Positions 1-11,400 of a stretch of DNA of 42,742 nt are shown here, piece by piece. The position numbers and the translations under genes were made by a program. Each line of letters begins with the position of its first letter. Position 1 is the stretch's first letter. The notes below the pieces were generated by a model that was not told where the DNA came from, made no database searches, and worked only from the letters and a program-made list of their open reading frames with translations. Where the stretch lies: the NCBI RefSeq assembly GCF_000002865.3, contig NW_001865080.1, positions 17,875 through 60,616 of the forward strand. Direction: 5' to 3'. This stretch comes from Monosiga brevicollis MX1. Taxonomy: Eukaryota.

Positions 1-2
1 CC

Positions 3-182
3 AAGCACATTGCTGTCAAGTATCGCTTTGTGCAAGAGAGGTATGAACGCAACCAGCTCGATGTCCGGTTCTGCGGGACCAAGGACATGGTTGCTGACCT
101 TCTCACCAAGCTGCTCAATGGACCGAGCCATCGTCGTTTGTGTGACATGCTCTTCCGTTCTCAGCTTGAAGGGGAGTATTAG
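3..182 (+). mobile_element. 3' end of Ty1/copia LTR-retrotransposon pol (RNase H C-terminus); 5' part lies outside the window
   Basis: The frame from nt 3 reads KHIAVKYRFVQERYERNQLDVRFCGTKDMVADLLTKLL...EGEY*, matching the copia RNase H motifs KHIxxxYxFV and (M)xADxxTK. It is followed by the polypurine tract GAAGGGGAG at 168-176. Not in the ORF track because there is no start codon. Confidence 0.93.
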
Positions 183-601
183 AGGCACAATCTGAGACGG
201 TATACTTTACCACGTTGTGTGTCCTCTGGTACTTGATGTTGTCCCACCTTGTTGTGTAACATCTTGCTGTACCATCTTGCTGTATCATCTTGTTGTGGCA
301 TCTGTTGGTCCCAACAGATTGCTGATATCGCTTCCACCTGTCTTCAGTGTGATAGTCCATTCTCTGTCTCCACTGTGTGTGTGTGTGTTTCCACCTGCTA
401 TAAATGGGAGCGATCTCCCTGGATCGGTACCATTTTCCTTCTTGACCTCGGTCGTTCCACTTCCCTCCTTCTGTCTTGTTCTGTCTTGTTCCTTCGCCTT
501 GCTTCAATCCATGTTCTCGTATGCACTTCGATTGGTTGGATACCTCTGTGACAATCGCCTTGTCCACACACATAACACTGTACTGGACATACACCTTTAT
601 A
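177..601 (+). mobile_element. 3' LTR of the copia element (~425 bp)
   Basis: Begins immediately after the PPT with TATTAGAGG and ends CCTTTATA, an imperfect inverted terminus, exactly where the tandem repeat resumes. It has a TATA-like TATAAAT near 400 and ~13-bp direct repeats CATCTTG(C/T)TGT at 260-298. Confidence 0.75.
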
Positions 602-1750
602 ATCTTCTCGAACCTGATCTGTTCGAGCCTGATCTGTTTGGTCCTGCTCTACTCGAACTTGATCTGTTTGGGCCTGATCTGCTCGAACCTGATCGGTTCG
701 GGCCTGATCCGTTCGGGCCTGCTACGTTAGGTCCTGCTTTGCACGAGCCTGATCTGCTCGGACCTGATCTTCTCGAACCTGATCTGTTCGAGCCTGATCT
801 GTTTGGTCCTGCTCTACTCGGACTTGATCTGTTTGGGCCTGATCTGCTCGAACCTGATCGGTTCGGGCCTGATCCGTTCGGGCCTGCTGCGTTAGGTCCT
901 GCTTTGCACGAGCCTGATCTGCTCGGACCTGATCTTCTCGAACCTGATCTGTTCGAGCCTGATCTGTTTGGTCCTGCTCTACTCGGACTTGATCTGTTTG
1001 GGCCTGATCTGCTCGAACCTGATCGGTTCGGGCCTGATCCGTTCGGGCCTGCTACGTTAGGTCCTGCTTTGCACGAGCCTGATCTGCTCGCTGATCTTCG
1101 ACCTGATCTTCTCGAACCTGATCTGTTCGAGCCTGATCTGTTTGGTCCTGCTCTACTCGGACTTGATCTGTTTGGGCCTGATCTGCTCGAACTTGATCGG
1201 TTCGGGCCTGATCCGTTCGGGCCTGCTGCGTTAGGGCCTGCTTTGCACGAGCCTGATCTGCTCGGACCTGATCTGCTCGAACCTGATCTGTTCGAGCCTG
1301 ATCTGTTTGGGCCTGCTCTACTCGGACCTGATCTGTTTGGGCCTGATCTGCTCGAACCTGATCGGTTCGGGCCTGATCCGTTCGGGCCTGCTGCGTTAGG
1401 TCCTGCTTTGCACGAGCCTGATCTGCTCGGACCTGATCTTCTCGAACCTGATCTGTTCGAGCCTGATCTGTTTGGTCCTGCTCTACTCGAACTTGATCTG
1501 TTTGGGCCTGATCTGCTCGAGCTTGATCTGTTCGGGACTGATCCGTTCGGGCCTGGTCTGTTCGGGCCTAATCTGCTCGGGTCTGGTGTGCTCCGATATG
1601 TTGTGCTCGGGCCTGATCTGCACGGGCCTGGTCCGCTCGGACCTTCTCTTCTCGCGCCTAACCTGTTCGAACCTGATCCGTTTGGTCTTGCTCTACTCGA
1701 GTCTGATACGTTCGGGCCTAAAATGCTCGGGTCTGATGTGGTCGAGCCTG
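602..1750. repeat. 15-bp minisatellite (GATCTGTTCGAGCCT-like) with a 165-bp (11-monomer) higher-order period
   Basis: Higher-order units start at about 601, 766, 931, 1105 (after a 9-bp insertion), 1270 and 1435. Monomers degenerate towards 1750. The repeat is open on both strands. Confidence 0.95.
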
Positions 1751-2217
1751 ATAATAATAAATAAATTAGGTGTTTGAACCTCAGAGCTGAAAGCAAAGCT
1801 GTGCAACCCCGACATCAAAATCACAACGGCACGCAAAACAACACAAGAGAACAAGTTACATTCGCTGGCTTTTATCATGCCAAGAAGTACAAGCGCGAAG
1901 AATCACGCACATAGAAACAAAAATCGTACAAAACGACCAAGTATAACCAGAGATAAGGCCATTTCAAACACAAGACACCCAGAAGGGCAGTCACACATCA
2001 CAAGTATAAGCCATCACAGCACAAACACAATGAACACCACGGCACGCTCACATCCAACGAGACACAACGTCGGATTGAGAAAACAACCGACCACAGAAGA
2101 CAAAGACATCATACAAAGGACCTTACAAAAATTCAGCAGAATACCACAAAATACAGCAAAAATTAAAACAGGTGCACACAGGGATCCCCACAGAGGGACC
2201 CCCGAGACGGTGCCTAC

Positions 2218-4250
2218 CTACGACGAGCGCAGGCAGGCACCGCCAAAGTGGCGCTGGATGTGGTCAGCGTTCATCTGATGGACCAGCGCCGCAAAGCGAC
2301 CTTTCCACCGAGGAACAAAGGCCTCATCCAGCCCCGGCTGGTACACACCACGGGCCTCGGCGCAGCGGGCGAGCTGACCAAGCAGATCCACAAAGGAGGA
2401 GGCGAACCCACCGGTTGTCGTCATCGCCGCAGGGACGATCAGAGTTTTTCCATGGTTGAAACCGGTGTAGTAGTCGCGCTTCTCCTTTTCGGCTCGGCGA
2501 AGGGCAGCGCCCACCTTGATGCAGGCTTGCGAGGTGGTCGGGGGTTGGGCTGTGCGCACAGTCACGTCAATGCCCAGGTCGGGCAGAGCTGGGCCCAGAG
2601 CACCGCCGGGAAAAGGGTTGCGGCAGTGCAGGTCGATGCGGCAGCTCTGGCCGTTGGCGTTGTAGCCAGACTTTTCCACCCAGACATGGGAGAGGGTGGC
2701 GTACCTGAGCAGGCGGCCCATCTCGTCGCGAAGGGCGTTGTGACGCTTGATGGGACGGCAGGTTAGCAGGTGCTCGCGGGTCAGTCGCGGCTGAGGTGTC
2801 TTGCTGCTGCAGAGCGGGCACTTGTCCGTCGGCTTGACGTTGATGAGTTCATGGAGGCCAAAACCCATCATGGACACGACCGCAATGGCAAAGGTCGTGT
2901 CGCTCAAGCGACGCAACTTGTCCCGACCCCGCATGGTCAAGAGTGTGTGAACATGTTCACACACCAAGACAGTGCTGACGCCCCATTCGCGTGAGGCCAG
3001 ATATGCCTGCTGCAGGTCCAGTGCACACTTGGCCATCAGGTCGTCCAGTGCCGCCTTGGAACGAAGGGCAATGATCTCAGCTGGTCGCTGAGTCGCCGCG
3101 TCCTTGACCGTGGCCATCTGGAAGCCAGCTCGCTGCACATGGACCTCAAAGTCGGCAGCCCTCGATGCATCCTCCAAAAGTCGATCGTAGACCCGAGGGT
3201 AGCGAGTGGCCAGCTTGGCCATGTTGCAGACATAAGCCACCGGACCGCGCTCAACCAGGTCGTGCAGGCCAAAGCCCCCGGTGTTGGCCCGCGTGAAGAT
3301 GCGAGCCTCCAGGAGCTGTTCCAGCGTAACGTCATGACCTTCAGCTCCGGCTGGTGCAGACAGGTTTACCTTGGCAAAAAAGGCTTTGACAAAGGTCTCC
3401 TTGCAAGCACGGTTCAAGAGCTCGGACAAGCCCGACGTCAGACTTGGGGGCAGCGTGTAGAGGTGGTTGATGAGGCTAGGCACGTACTGCATGGCCGTGA
3501 GGAGGGCCTGAAGCGAGACACCGGTCGTCAGCATGTCATTGAGCTTGCCAGCAATGTGCTTCGCCTTGTCGTTCAGCTGCTTCTTCATACACTCGCGACG
3601 GCCAATCGGCGTTCCCATGACCGTCATGCCCGTGTTGGCCGTCTCGCGCACGGCATCTGGCAAGACAGACTTGATAGCAGTGATGGAAGCCGAATGGTGG
3701 CGAGGCATGTAGAAGCGGCTCTTACTGGGCTGCAAATGAAGGCCAGCAGACTCTGCACGAGCCTTGACAATCTCGACGTCGGCCGCCACGTCCTCCGCGG
3801 GACCCATCAGTACAATGTCGTCGAGGTACTTGATGACCTTGCAGCGATAGTCAGTGGTGGCGTCGAGGAGACCGAGGACCTCACAGGAGTACAGGGCAAA
3901 GAAGAAGGGCGATAGCTCGTTGCCCTGCACAATGCCTTGGCCAACATCAATGTCAATGACCTTGAAGAACTTGTCGACAATGCAGTGGGTAGTGGGTCGA
4001 GCATAGTGTCGTTCAAAGGCGCGCAAGAGCCAGGGACCTTGTCGGCCACAATCTCGTGCAGCCGTGCTCGGTCGGTGTAGTTGAAGGCACTCTTGAAATC
4101 GAGGGAGAGCATGGTCCAGCCCGGGGTAGACTCACAGGCTTGAAGCTCACCAAAGGCCATGCCAACTGCTGCTGAAATGCCGTCCTTGACTCCGACGGCC
4201 AGCTCTGGACTGGCCTGCAGCCATGCCAAGAGACGCAGGATCAAAAACCC
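2218..4250 (-). mobile_element. CRE-clade-like non-LTR retrotransposon (RT + CCHC zinc knuckle + restriction-like endonuclease), 5'-truncated and frameshifted
   Basis: RT motifs LAVGVKDG, LDFKSAFN, GIVQGNELSPFFF, YLDD and VMGTPIG; CPLC...HLLTC knuckle; RHNALRD; endonuclease motifs RIDL, IDVTV, AEKEKRDYY and IVPAAMTTTGG. A 1-nt frameshift near 4030 joins ORF 3807-4373 to ORF 2218-4026. The T/G-rich minus-strand tract 1770-2217 may be its 3' UTR. Confidence 0.88.
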
Positions 4251-4631
4251 CTCCTTGACATGGCCGATGCGCACATACGTCCCAATAGATGCTCTCATAT
4301 ACTGTCCTTTCGTATCAACCATTTCATACTCCCTCTCTGTCTTCGTCTTTGCCGCTGCCTCTGTCTCATTCATAACCTCATACTTGTCTCTACCCGTCGT
4401 CGTGTTGAATAGCTCTAACAGCTACGCTGCATATCCATTACAAACGGCGTCCTGGCATAATCGTCTTGCCCGCTATGTTGCCTTTCGTCGAGGCTCGAAA
4501 AGATGTGATTCCTTACACAGCTCATCTTCTCTCGAATGTTGATGAGAGTCGGTGCAGGTGACTTTTGCGAATTACGAGATTCAGCTAGGATTCATGAGTC
4601 GATTTGTGTCTTCAACTCTCTGGTTATTCGA

Positions 4632-5385
4632 TCAGTCTTCCTCGTCATCATCCTGGAAGGACAGAGTGCTTGCGTTTTTCTTGTTCAGACTCTTGCTACG
4701 CTTCGATCCATCCTTCACTTCCTTGTGGGTCTTGTCTCGTTTCTTTTTTGCAAACTTGGGTTGATCGTGAGCTGCAAGAACTGCTTCAGTTCCCTCTGTT
4801 AAAAAAGCACAAACGCATGAAACAAGGCCGTTAGAGACGCACAAGGTAGACGGGGGGAAGGTGTGTGAAAGGATGGAAGGACCACACAAGTTGGCAGTGC
4901 CACGTACTAGCACCGCTGGCGACGGCTGCTTTTGCCTCTTGCATGGTCAGATCTCCATCTTTGAGCACGACCACCTATCATACACAAGGCATGAACAGCA
5001 GCAAAGTGGATGTATCAAGAATATGGCCCAGGCGCCCCGAGTCAGTATTGAGCTTGCTTATTGTCACAATGGACGGGGCCCGCCAAAAGCACGGCGATGG
5101 AGCGGGCGTTGCACCTGAGGCTCATCCTCCACCTTGACGTGGAAGGAATCGTCATCATCCGTGGCTTTGGGCAGCTTGGCAAACTTGGCTTGAATGTCTT
5201 CTTCCTGCTGCTCCTCGCGAGGCTTGAGGCCATGTGTCGCTCTGCCGGCGGGCATCAATGCTGAGCATGTTCAAGTTGTACGCATCAAGCAGCAAGAGTA
5301 GGGGGTCACAGGCAGACCTGAGCTTTTGCAGAAACTTGGGTTCTCGGATCCCGGTGAAGCTCACATCGACCTTTTTGCGCGACAT
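4632..5385 (-). CDS. KIAA1143/DUF4604-like protein, 4 exons (5385-5318, 5241-5115, 4974-4908, 4795-4632)
   Basis: Spliced at GT-AG introns it gives MSRKKVDVSFTGIREPKFLQKLR...EDEPQVVVLKDGDLT...KNASTLSFQDDDEED*. This matches the recalled KIAA1143 motifs EPxFL, EDEQPQVVVLKxGDL and C-terminal LSFDxEDE. Confidence 0.85.
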
Positions 5386-5571
5386 CGTCGAGGACTGTCG
5401 CTGCCGACCGGACATGATGCTGCTGCTGATGATAACGATGCTTGGAGATGTTGTCACCAAGAAAGAGCTCTATCTAGAAAGTGAGATGCCGCTGCCGTGG
5501 CCTTCAAAGCTCAAGGCGGATGCGAATCATTGCCCTCACCGCAGCCCAGCGCCATGAGGACAGCCGCGGAC

Positions 5572-5810
5572 GAGAGTGAGGAAGAGAGAGAGCGAGAGAG
5601 AGAAAGTGTGAGAGAGAGAGAGAGAGTGAGTGAGTGAGAGAGAGTGAGAGAGTGAGAGAGAGTGAGTGAGAGAGAGTGAGTGAGAGAGAGTGAGTGTGTG
5701 TGTGTGAGAGAGGGAGAAAGGGTTAGAGAGAGTTAGACTTTTTTTCAGAGGGAATTTTGAGATTTACAGAGAGAGAGAGATTTTGAGAGAGAGAGCTTTG
5801 AGAGAGATAC
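5572..5810. repeat. GA/GAGT/GT compound microsatellite
   Basis: Seen directly in the sequence. Confidence 0.9.
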
Positions 5811-6012
5811 GCACAACAGACTATTTGGCTGAATTTCTGTGAAGTGGAGGGCAGAGTGTTGTCGGTCTTGGAAGCGAGCAGGTCGAGGGCGGGGACGGGG
5901 AATGGCAATCTCGATGAAGCATTTGCTTTCACTTTTGGTGGGTATCAGGGGGCTACGGCTCCCACTCTACCTCTCCCCTTTGGATGTCGGAAACGCCTGA
6001 AGGTGAGCATCT

Positions 6013-6047
<35 letters not shown>

Positions 6048-6145
6048 GAGTCGTTCTGCTGGTCATGGATGGCTAGCTCGGCCTGCCGGCTGGGCTGAGG
6101 AAACAAGCCGCCGTGCTCCCTGACGCTGTAGGAATGTGTTCGTAG

Positions 6146-8155
6146 ATGCCACTTCCAATGCCTCCCGCTCGTTGTAGCGTGCCCTCTTTCCGCTGGATGG
6201 GTGAACACATCTACTTTGAGATTGTCTGCAGCAATCAAAATCAAGGTTGCTCACACTTCGCCAGCGCCCGTGGCTGGGTCCGAAACATGCCGCAGCCCCA
6301 ATTATGCCCTGATTGTTTGACACTCATTTCGGGCCTTTATTATAACGCGATGTAGCTGTCGTTGGCTCTGTGCAGCAAACGTACGACGACTTTTTTGAGC
6401 TGCATTGCCGCTTGCTCGATGAATTCCCGATCGAAGCAGGTCGAGGTACCCATCCACGGTACGGCCTGCTCATGCCTGTGAGCCCGGACACCAGATCGCA
6501 GCGCCCGACGAGCCATTCCTCAGATTGGTCCCTGATGCCTGTCATCCTTGAATCACACCTGGAATCCCCCACAACAACAATAGCATCTTGCCTCCTCTGC
6601 CAGGCAAGCGCCTCCTGAGCTTCAAGGCGTCTAAGTCAGCCCGGAGACGAGGTGAGCCTGTGATTCGAATCCGGCATGAGATGCTGCCGTCGTTGTAGAG
6701 CACAATCGGACGGGTCTTGCACACCTTTCATCCCTCTTGGATCAACGGATGCTGAATCGAGAGTTGGTCACGAGTGCTCTCACACTTGGTGCATTGCGCC
6801 TGCGTAGCTGCCGAGGATCTTGCGACGCGCCGCAGACCAGCACTTGAACTCTATCTGAATGGTCTCCTGCGCATCCCAAATGTGGCTCAGTACGTCAAGG
6901 ATGCCCCCATTTCCTGTCGCTGACACTAGAGTTGAGACTCTTGAGCTCCATATTCATCACATATTGCGCTTTTGTGGCCCACAGCTCCCCACCAGTCCTG
7001 TCATTTCTGCGGTCGCCGTCACTCCCAGATCAAGTCATACGGTCTACTGCCAATCTGCCTGCCAAACACATGCCCGAGCAGGCCAACACCCAAAACGCCA
7101 ACGACGTCAACGTTGAACTGAGAGATTACGCCATGTATCAAGGGCCTTTTAGTCGACGCCAGCGCCTCGTGCTTGCCATCGCTGAGCCAAAACTAGGTCG
7201 CATCCTGTTATACAAAGCCGCTTTCAAAGGAGATCAAAGGTACGCGCGACAAGTTTAAGCCACACAATGCCATGCCTTTTCTCCATCGGTTTTACCTGTT
7301 CCATGCATATGCCCTTGCTCTTGTGCTGCTCCTGCGGCGGTCTCACGGCCGAGGCCAGCTTGCCATATGTCGGCGAGGTGCCGGTAATAGCAAGCAGCAT
7401 TCATGCTGCACAATCTCCTGACAATAACCTGGTGGACCAAGTAAGCTTCGCTCCCGCCCTCTCTAGGAATGTTTAAGGAGTGTTTGAAAACTGACCTATT
7501 CTCATCTCCGATGGGTGACCTGTCGCTTCATCTCCAACGATAGCCGGACCCTGACCATGAACAACCAGACATGCCACACAGCGAGGCGACTCATCTCGTG
7601 ATCAACGTCAAAGATCATGCGCATGACCATCATATATGGCTATCCACGGCCCTCGAAGCCGCGCGATGGCTGACATACTTTCATCAAGTTGTGCCTGAGC
7701 GCGTTGTGTACGGTACGTTTAGCGTAATGCTTGGTTGACTGCTACCAACTCTGCCGCAAAGGTGCTGTAACTTTGTTGGATGGTGATGCGACACAGATGG
7801 CCGAGAGATCGCCCCGGCACCTGCAGCGCCTTTCACGATCCATGAGGTACAGTGGCCGTCGAAGTTGAAGCTCCACTGAGTTCCACTGGAGTGTATATAT
7901 CGTCTTATGGTCTGCCCACACACGCCCGCCTCTCTTTCCGCTTTACGTTGGGATTAGGCGCCGGAACCATCCAATCAGGGAGGTGTCCCAACCGCAAGAG
8001 CATCGGAATCTCAGCACAACAGCGCGACAGAGGACATGGAGGGTCGAGGCTCAATTTTGAGTTTTTCGGAACAGACTTCACCACAACTCGAGCACGCATC
8101 ACTGGGTGCACTCGTCGACAACCGATCAGGCGGCCATCATCACCTTGCCACCTGA
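6146..8155 (+). CDS. Multi-exon PX-domain protein with a probable downstream PH domain
   Basis: Exon pieces read EHIYFEIVC, TYDDFFELHCRLLDEFPIEAGR, ILPPLPGKR, LATRRRPALELYLNGLLRIP and PVLSFL (PX consensus). These are followed by PFSRRQRLVLAI..ILLYK and HIWLSTALEAARWLTYF (PH-like). The start and last exon are uncertain. Confidence 0.7.
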
Positions 8156-11100
8156 GAGCCAGACTTCTTCTTCATAAACTGCCTGCGGAAGGCACGAGTT
8201 TTGTCGTCCACTTGGTAGCCCTCACCAAAACCGCCGCCACCACCACGCTTCTGAACCTTGCCCTTGCTGGCATGCACATCTACAAACGCGGTTGGATCAG
8301 ATTTACAAAAGGCAGATTGCCAAAAAAAGAACAAAAGCAAAGAATAATAATGAGAACTGATAAACGGACAGTGTAAGTCGTGAATCGGGTATATGTGTGG
8401 GTGTGTGTGTGTGCTTGCAGCCAGCAACGCGCGGGCGTGCTGCTGGTCATGTTTAGCCAAAGCTTAGCCAAAGCAAAATTGACTCGAGAACGTTTGTCTG
8501 CCAGCAACGTCCACTTACTCAGGTTGACGTTGGGAGGCACGGAAAAACCAAAGGCCTTGCCGACACGACTGAGGTCCAAAGTGTTGACATCAAAAATCTG
8601 CACAAAAAAGAATGAGTGTTGGCGTGCCTGCTCACCCTGATGCAGCCATGGATCGAGTCACACCTGCTTGAGTGAATGCGAAGCATAGGCCTGCAAGTAG
8701 GAGCGATAGCCTTCCTTGGCAGACTTGTGCAAATAGTAATTCTCCTGAATCAGCTTTTCAAGCTGGGAAAAAAAAAATAAGTATCAGATAAGTGGAAAAC
8801 AATTGCAGGCATTGGTGTACCAAGCTTTGGGTGCACTTCGACCCGAAAGGCCCACTGCGACATGGGGCTCACCTGCATCTGTACATTGCTGATCTTGGCC
8901 GCTGGGAACTCGTACTCTTTTGGGCGCACCTTGGCCTGCTTCAAGTATTTGAGAAACGCGACTTCCTCGGGAAGGAGGAAAAGAAGCGCCTTGCCCGATT
9001 TGTCTGTGCCACGAGCCGTACGACCGACGCGATGGATGTAATCCTGTTGTGGGAAGCGCAAACCCCAGGAGCAATCAGTGATGTCTTGATTGATGCCAGC
9101 CCAAGAAAAGACGCCCTTGCGGACAGGTAATTGGCAGAGACGGAAGCGGACGTACGCGAGGATCATCCGGGGGATCATACTGCACGATCCAATCCACATT
9201 GGAAATATCCAAGCCACGCGCAGCGACATCGGTACACAGAAGAATGCCATGCTCTGCGTTGCAAAACTCGAAGAAAGTGGTCGTGCGCTTTCCTTGCTTT
9301 TGCTTGCCCTGTGACCATCATCAAATTGGGAAGTGAAAAAAAGGCGAGGCTCTCCAACACCGAGTGCACCACAAAAAAAAAGGAAGGACATAGCAAAAGG
9401 TATGGACAAGGTGGGATAAAATAAAGACGGGGTCAACCACGGCGAATGTTGCTGAGCTTACATGAATGTCCAGGACGGGGATGTCAATGTAGTTGAGCAG
9501 CTCGGCATGGAATTTTACACTGTTGCAAGAGCTGAGAAAGACCATGACCTTCTTCTTCAGGTTGCGCTTCAAAAATGTGAAGAGAAGCAAGAAGCGCTTG
9601 TCTGCGGGGCAAATCTATTGAGAAGCACGGCAGAGTCGAAGTGATATGAGCAAGGCAAAAACGACAGCACGCTTGAAGAATCTGACGTGAAGGGTTACGA
9701 CATTGCAAGGACTCACAATGTAGCCCTGTTCAATGTTGTCAGCTGTCGCCTCTTCGTCTTGGTCGTTGACACCAACGTAGAGGGGCTCGCCCTTGAGACT
9801 GATGCGAGCCAAGTCTTCGACCTTCCGCGTCTGTGTGGCCGAGAACAAAAGGGTCTGGCGCTTCTCTGCGGACATCCAAAGGCAAAGATGAGCCGTGGAG
9901 ACGTGGCTCGTACCTTTGCGCACGCGCGCGCGCTCTCTCTTTATTATTTGTTACATCAGATCAATCAGCGTAGGCTGAGCACGAGGTGCTTAGAACGTAC
10001 TGGGGAGCAGCTTGATGATTTGGCGCATCTCTTCCTCGAAACCGACTTGCAGGATGCGATCAGCCTCGTCAATGATCAAGCATTGCAGGTTCTTGTAGAG
10101 GAAACCTTGCGTGTTCTGCAGGTGATCGAGCAGTCGACCGGGGGTAGCGACCAGTACGTTGACGCCCTTGACCAAGCGATCGGCTTCAGCCTGTGCAAGC
10201 ACGCGAGGCGGGCATTGGGTAAGGAAAGGGGAGCAGATGGCTCACGTGGAGGATAGACAAGCCAGATGGGACAGAGAGAGAGAGACAGAGAGAGAAAACG
10301 TCGTTTTGAGCAGTAAGCACAGTGCTGGTTTGTAATTTGGACTTACTCGGCGGTTGGCACCACCCATGACAAGGCCATGTGTTTGGGGATGGTAGCGAAG
10401 GAGGTCCTGAACGACACCGTATGTTTGCAATGAAAGCTCACGGGTGGGGCTGATGATGATAATGCCGGTGCCGTTGCGGGGGGTAAACTTGAGCGTCTGC
10501 ATGAGCTCGACGGCGGGCAGCAGGAAGGCCATGGTCTTGCCCGAGCCTGTCTTGGCGGCACCGAGCAAGTCGCGCTTTTGCAGGAGGAGGGGCAATGTTT
10601 TGTACTGAATTTCCATCATGTGTGTAAAGCCCATTTCCTGTCAATGTCGTGAGCACAAAAGGGAGGTGAGGCATGCGATGGGAGCCCATGCGGCCAGAGT
10701 TTGTTGGATGGATCCATGGTCATGGCTCAAACGCGGCAGAAAATAAAGACCAGGGAGCCAGGGAGGCCCGGCCAGGTCGGTGCGAGCGTACATCAATGGC
10801 CTTCATGGTATTTTCTGAAAGCAGGTGCTGAAAGGCTGAGAACTTGACATGGTCTGCGCCCTTCTCGTAGTCGGGCAGAGCGTCTGGATGCAACGCTTCG
10901 AGGGCCGAAACGGCGGCTTCCGGGTCCACTTTAGCGCGCTTGGCCTGTTCGGGTGAAGTCGCGTGCTCGGTCTTTTCCTGCCGGCGGCTGACGGCTTGCT
11001 CGGGTTGCTCGGGGCCCTCGCGGTCACTCTTGCTCGCATGCCCTGCCAATTGCGATGAAAGGAGTTTAGATTTGTTGAGCTGATTCGCGGGGAGGGGAGG

Positions 11101-11239
11101 GCTGCAGGTGGTCTCGGCATTGACTTTGAAAGACATGAAAGCGGGGATGCCAGAACCTACCACGCTTGGGGGTCGCCATCTTGCCACCGGCAGCCTTTTT
11201 GCGCTGCTGGCCCATCGCCTTTGCACCTTTAGGCGCCAT
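8140..11239 (-). CDS. DDX18: DEAD-box RNA helicase DDX18/Has1, multi-exon
   Basis: Motifs [50 protein letters not shown] and [11 protein letters not shown], plus the Has1-type C-terminus [24 protein letters not shown]. Start MAPKGAK at 11239. Confidence 0.95.
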
Positions 11240-11264
11240 CTTGCCCCCAAATGGCTCGGCCTCT

Positions 11265-11400
11265 CAGAGCAGAGAGCAGAGAGCAGAGAGCAGAGAGCAG
11301 GAAAAGCGCGCGCGCGCGTCAGAGAGCGAGAGAGAGAGAGAGAGAGAGAGCGCGATGTGCGCGAAATGAGAGAGAGAGAGCGCGTGTGTGTGTGAGAGAG
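11265..11400. repeat. (CAGAGAG)n, (CG)n and (GA)n repeats just upstream of the DDX18 start
   Basis: Seen directly in the sequence. Confidence 0.85.

Noticed and set aside
217..601. N-terminal part of the 515-aa plus ORF
   Set aside because: It lies in the LTR and reads into the repeat by chance. It begins at a non-ATG codon and shows no protein signature.
602..1750. CRISPR-like array
   Set aside because: The monomers are contiguous with no unique spacers, the context is eukaryotic and there are no cas genes.
4250..4630. N-terminus of ORF 3807-4373 as part of the RT
   Set aside because: There are no RT motifs upstream of ~4250. It is more likely flanking DNA fused at the 5' truncation.
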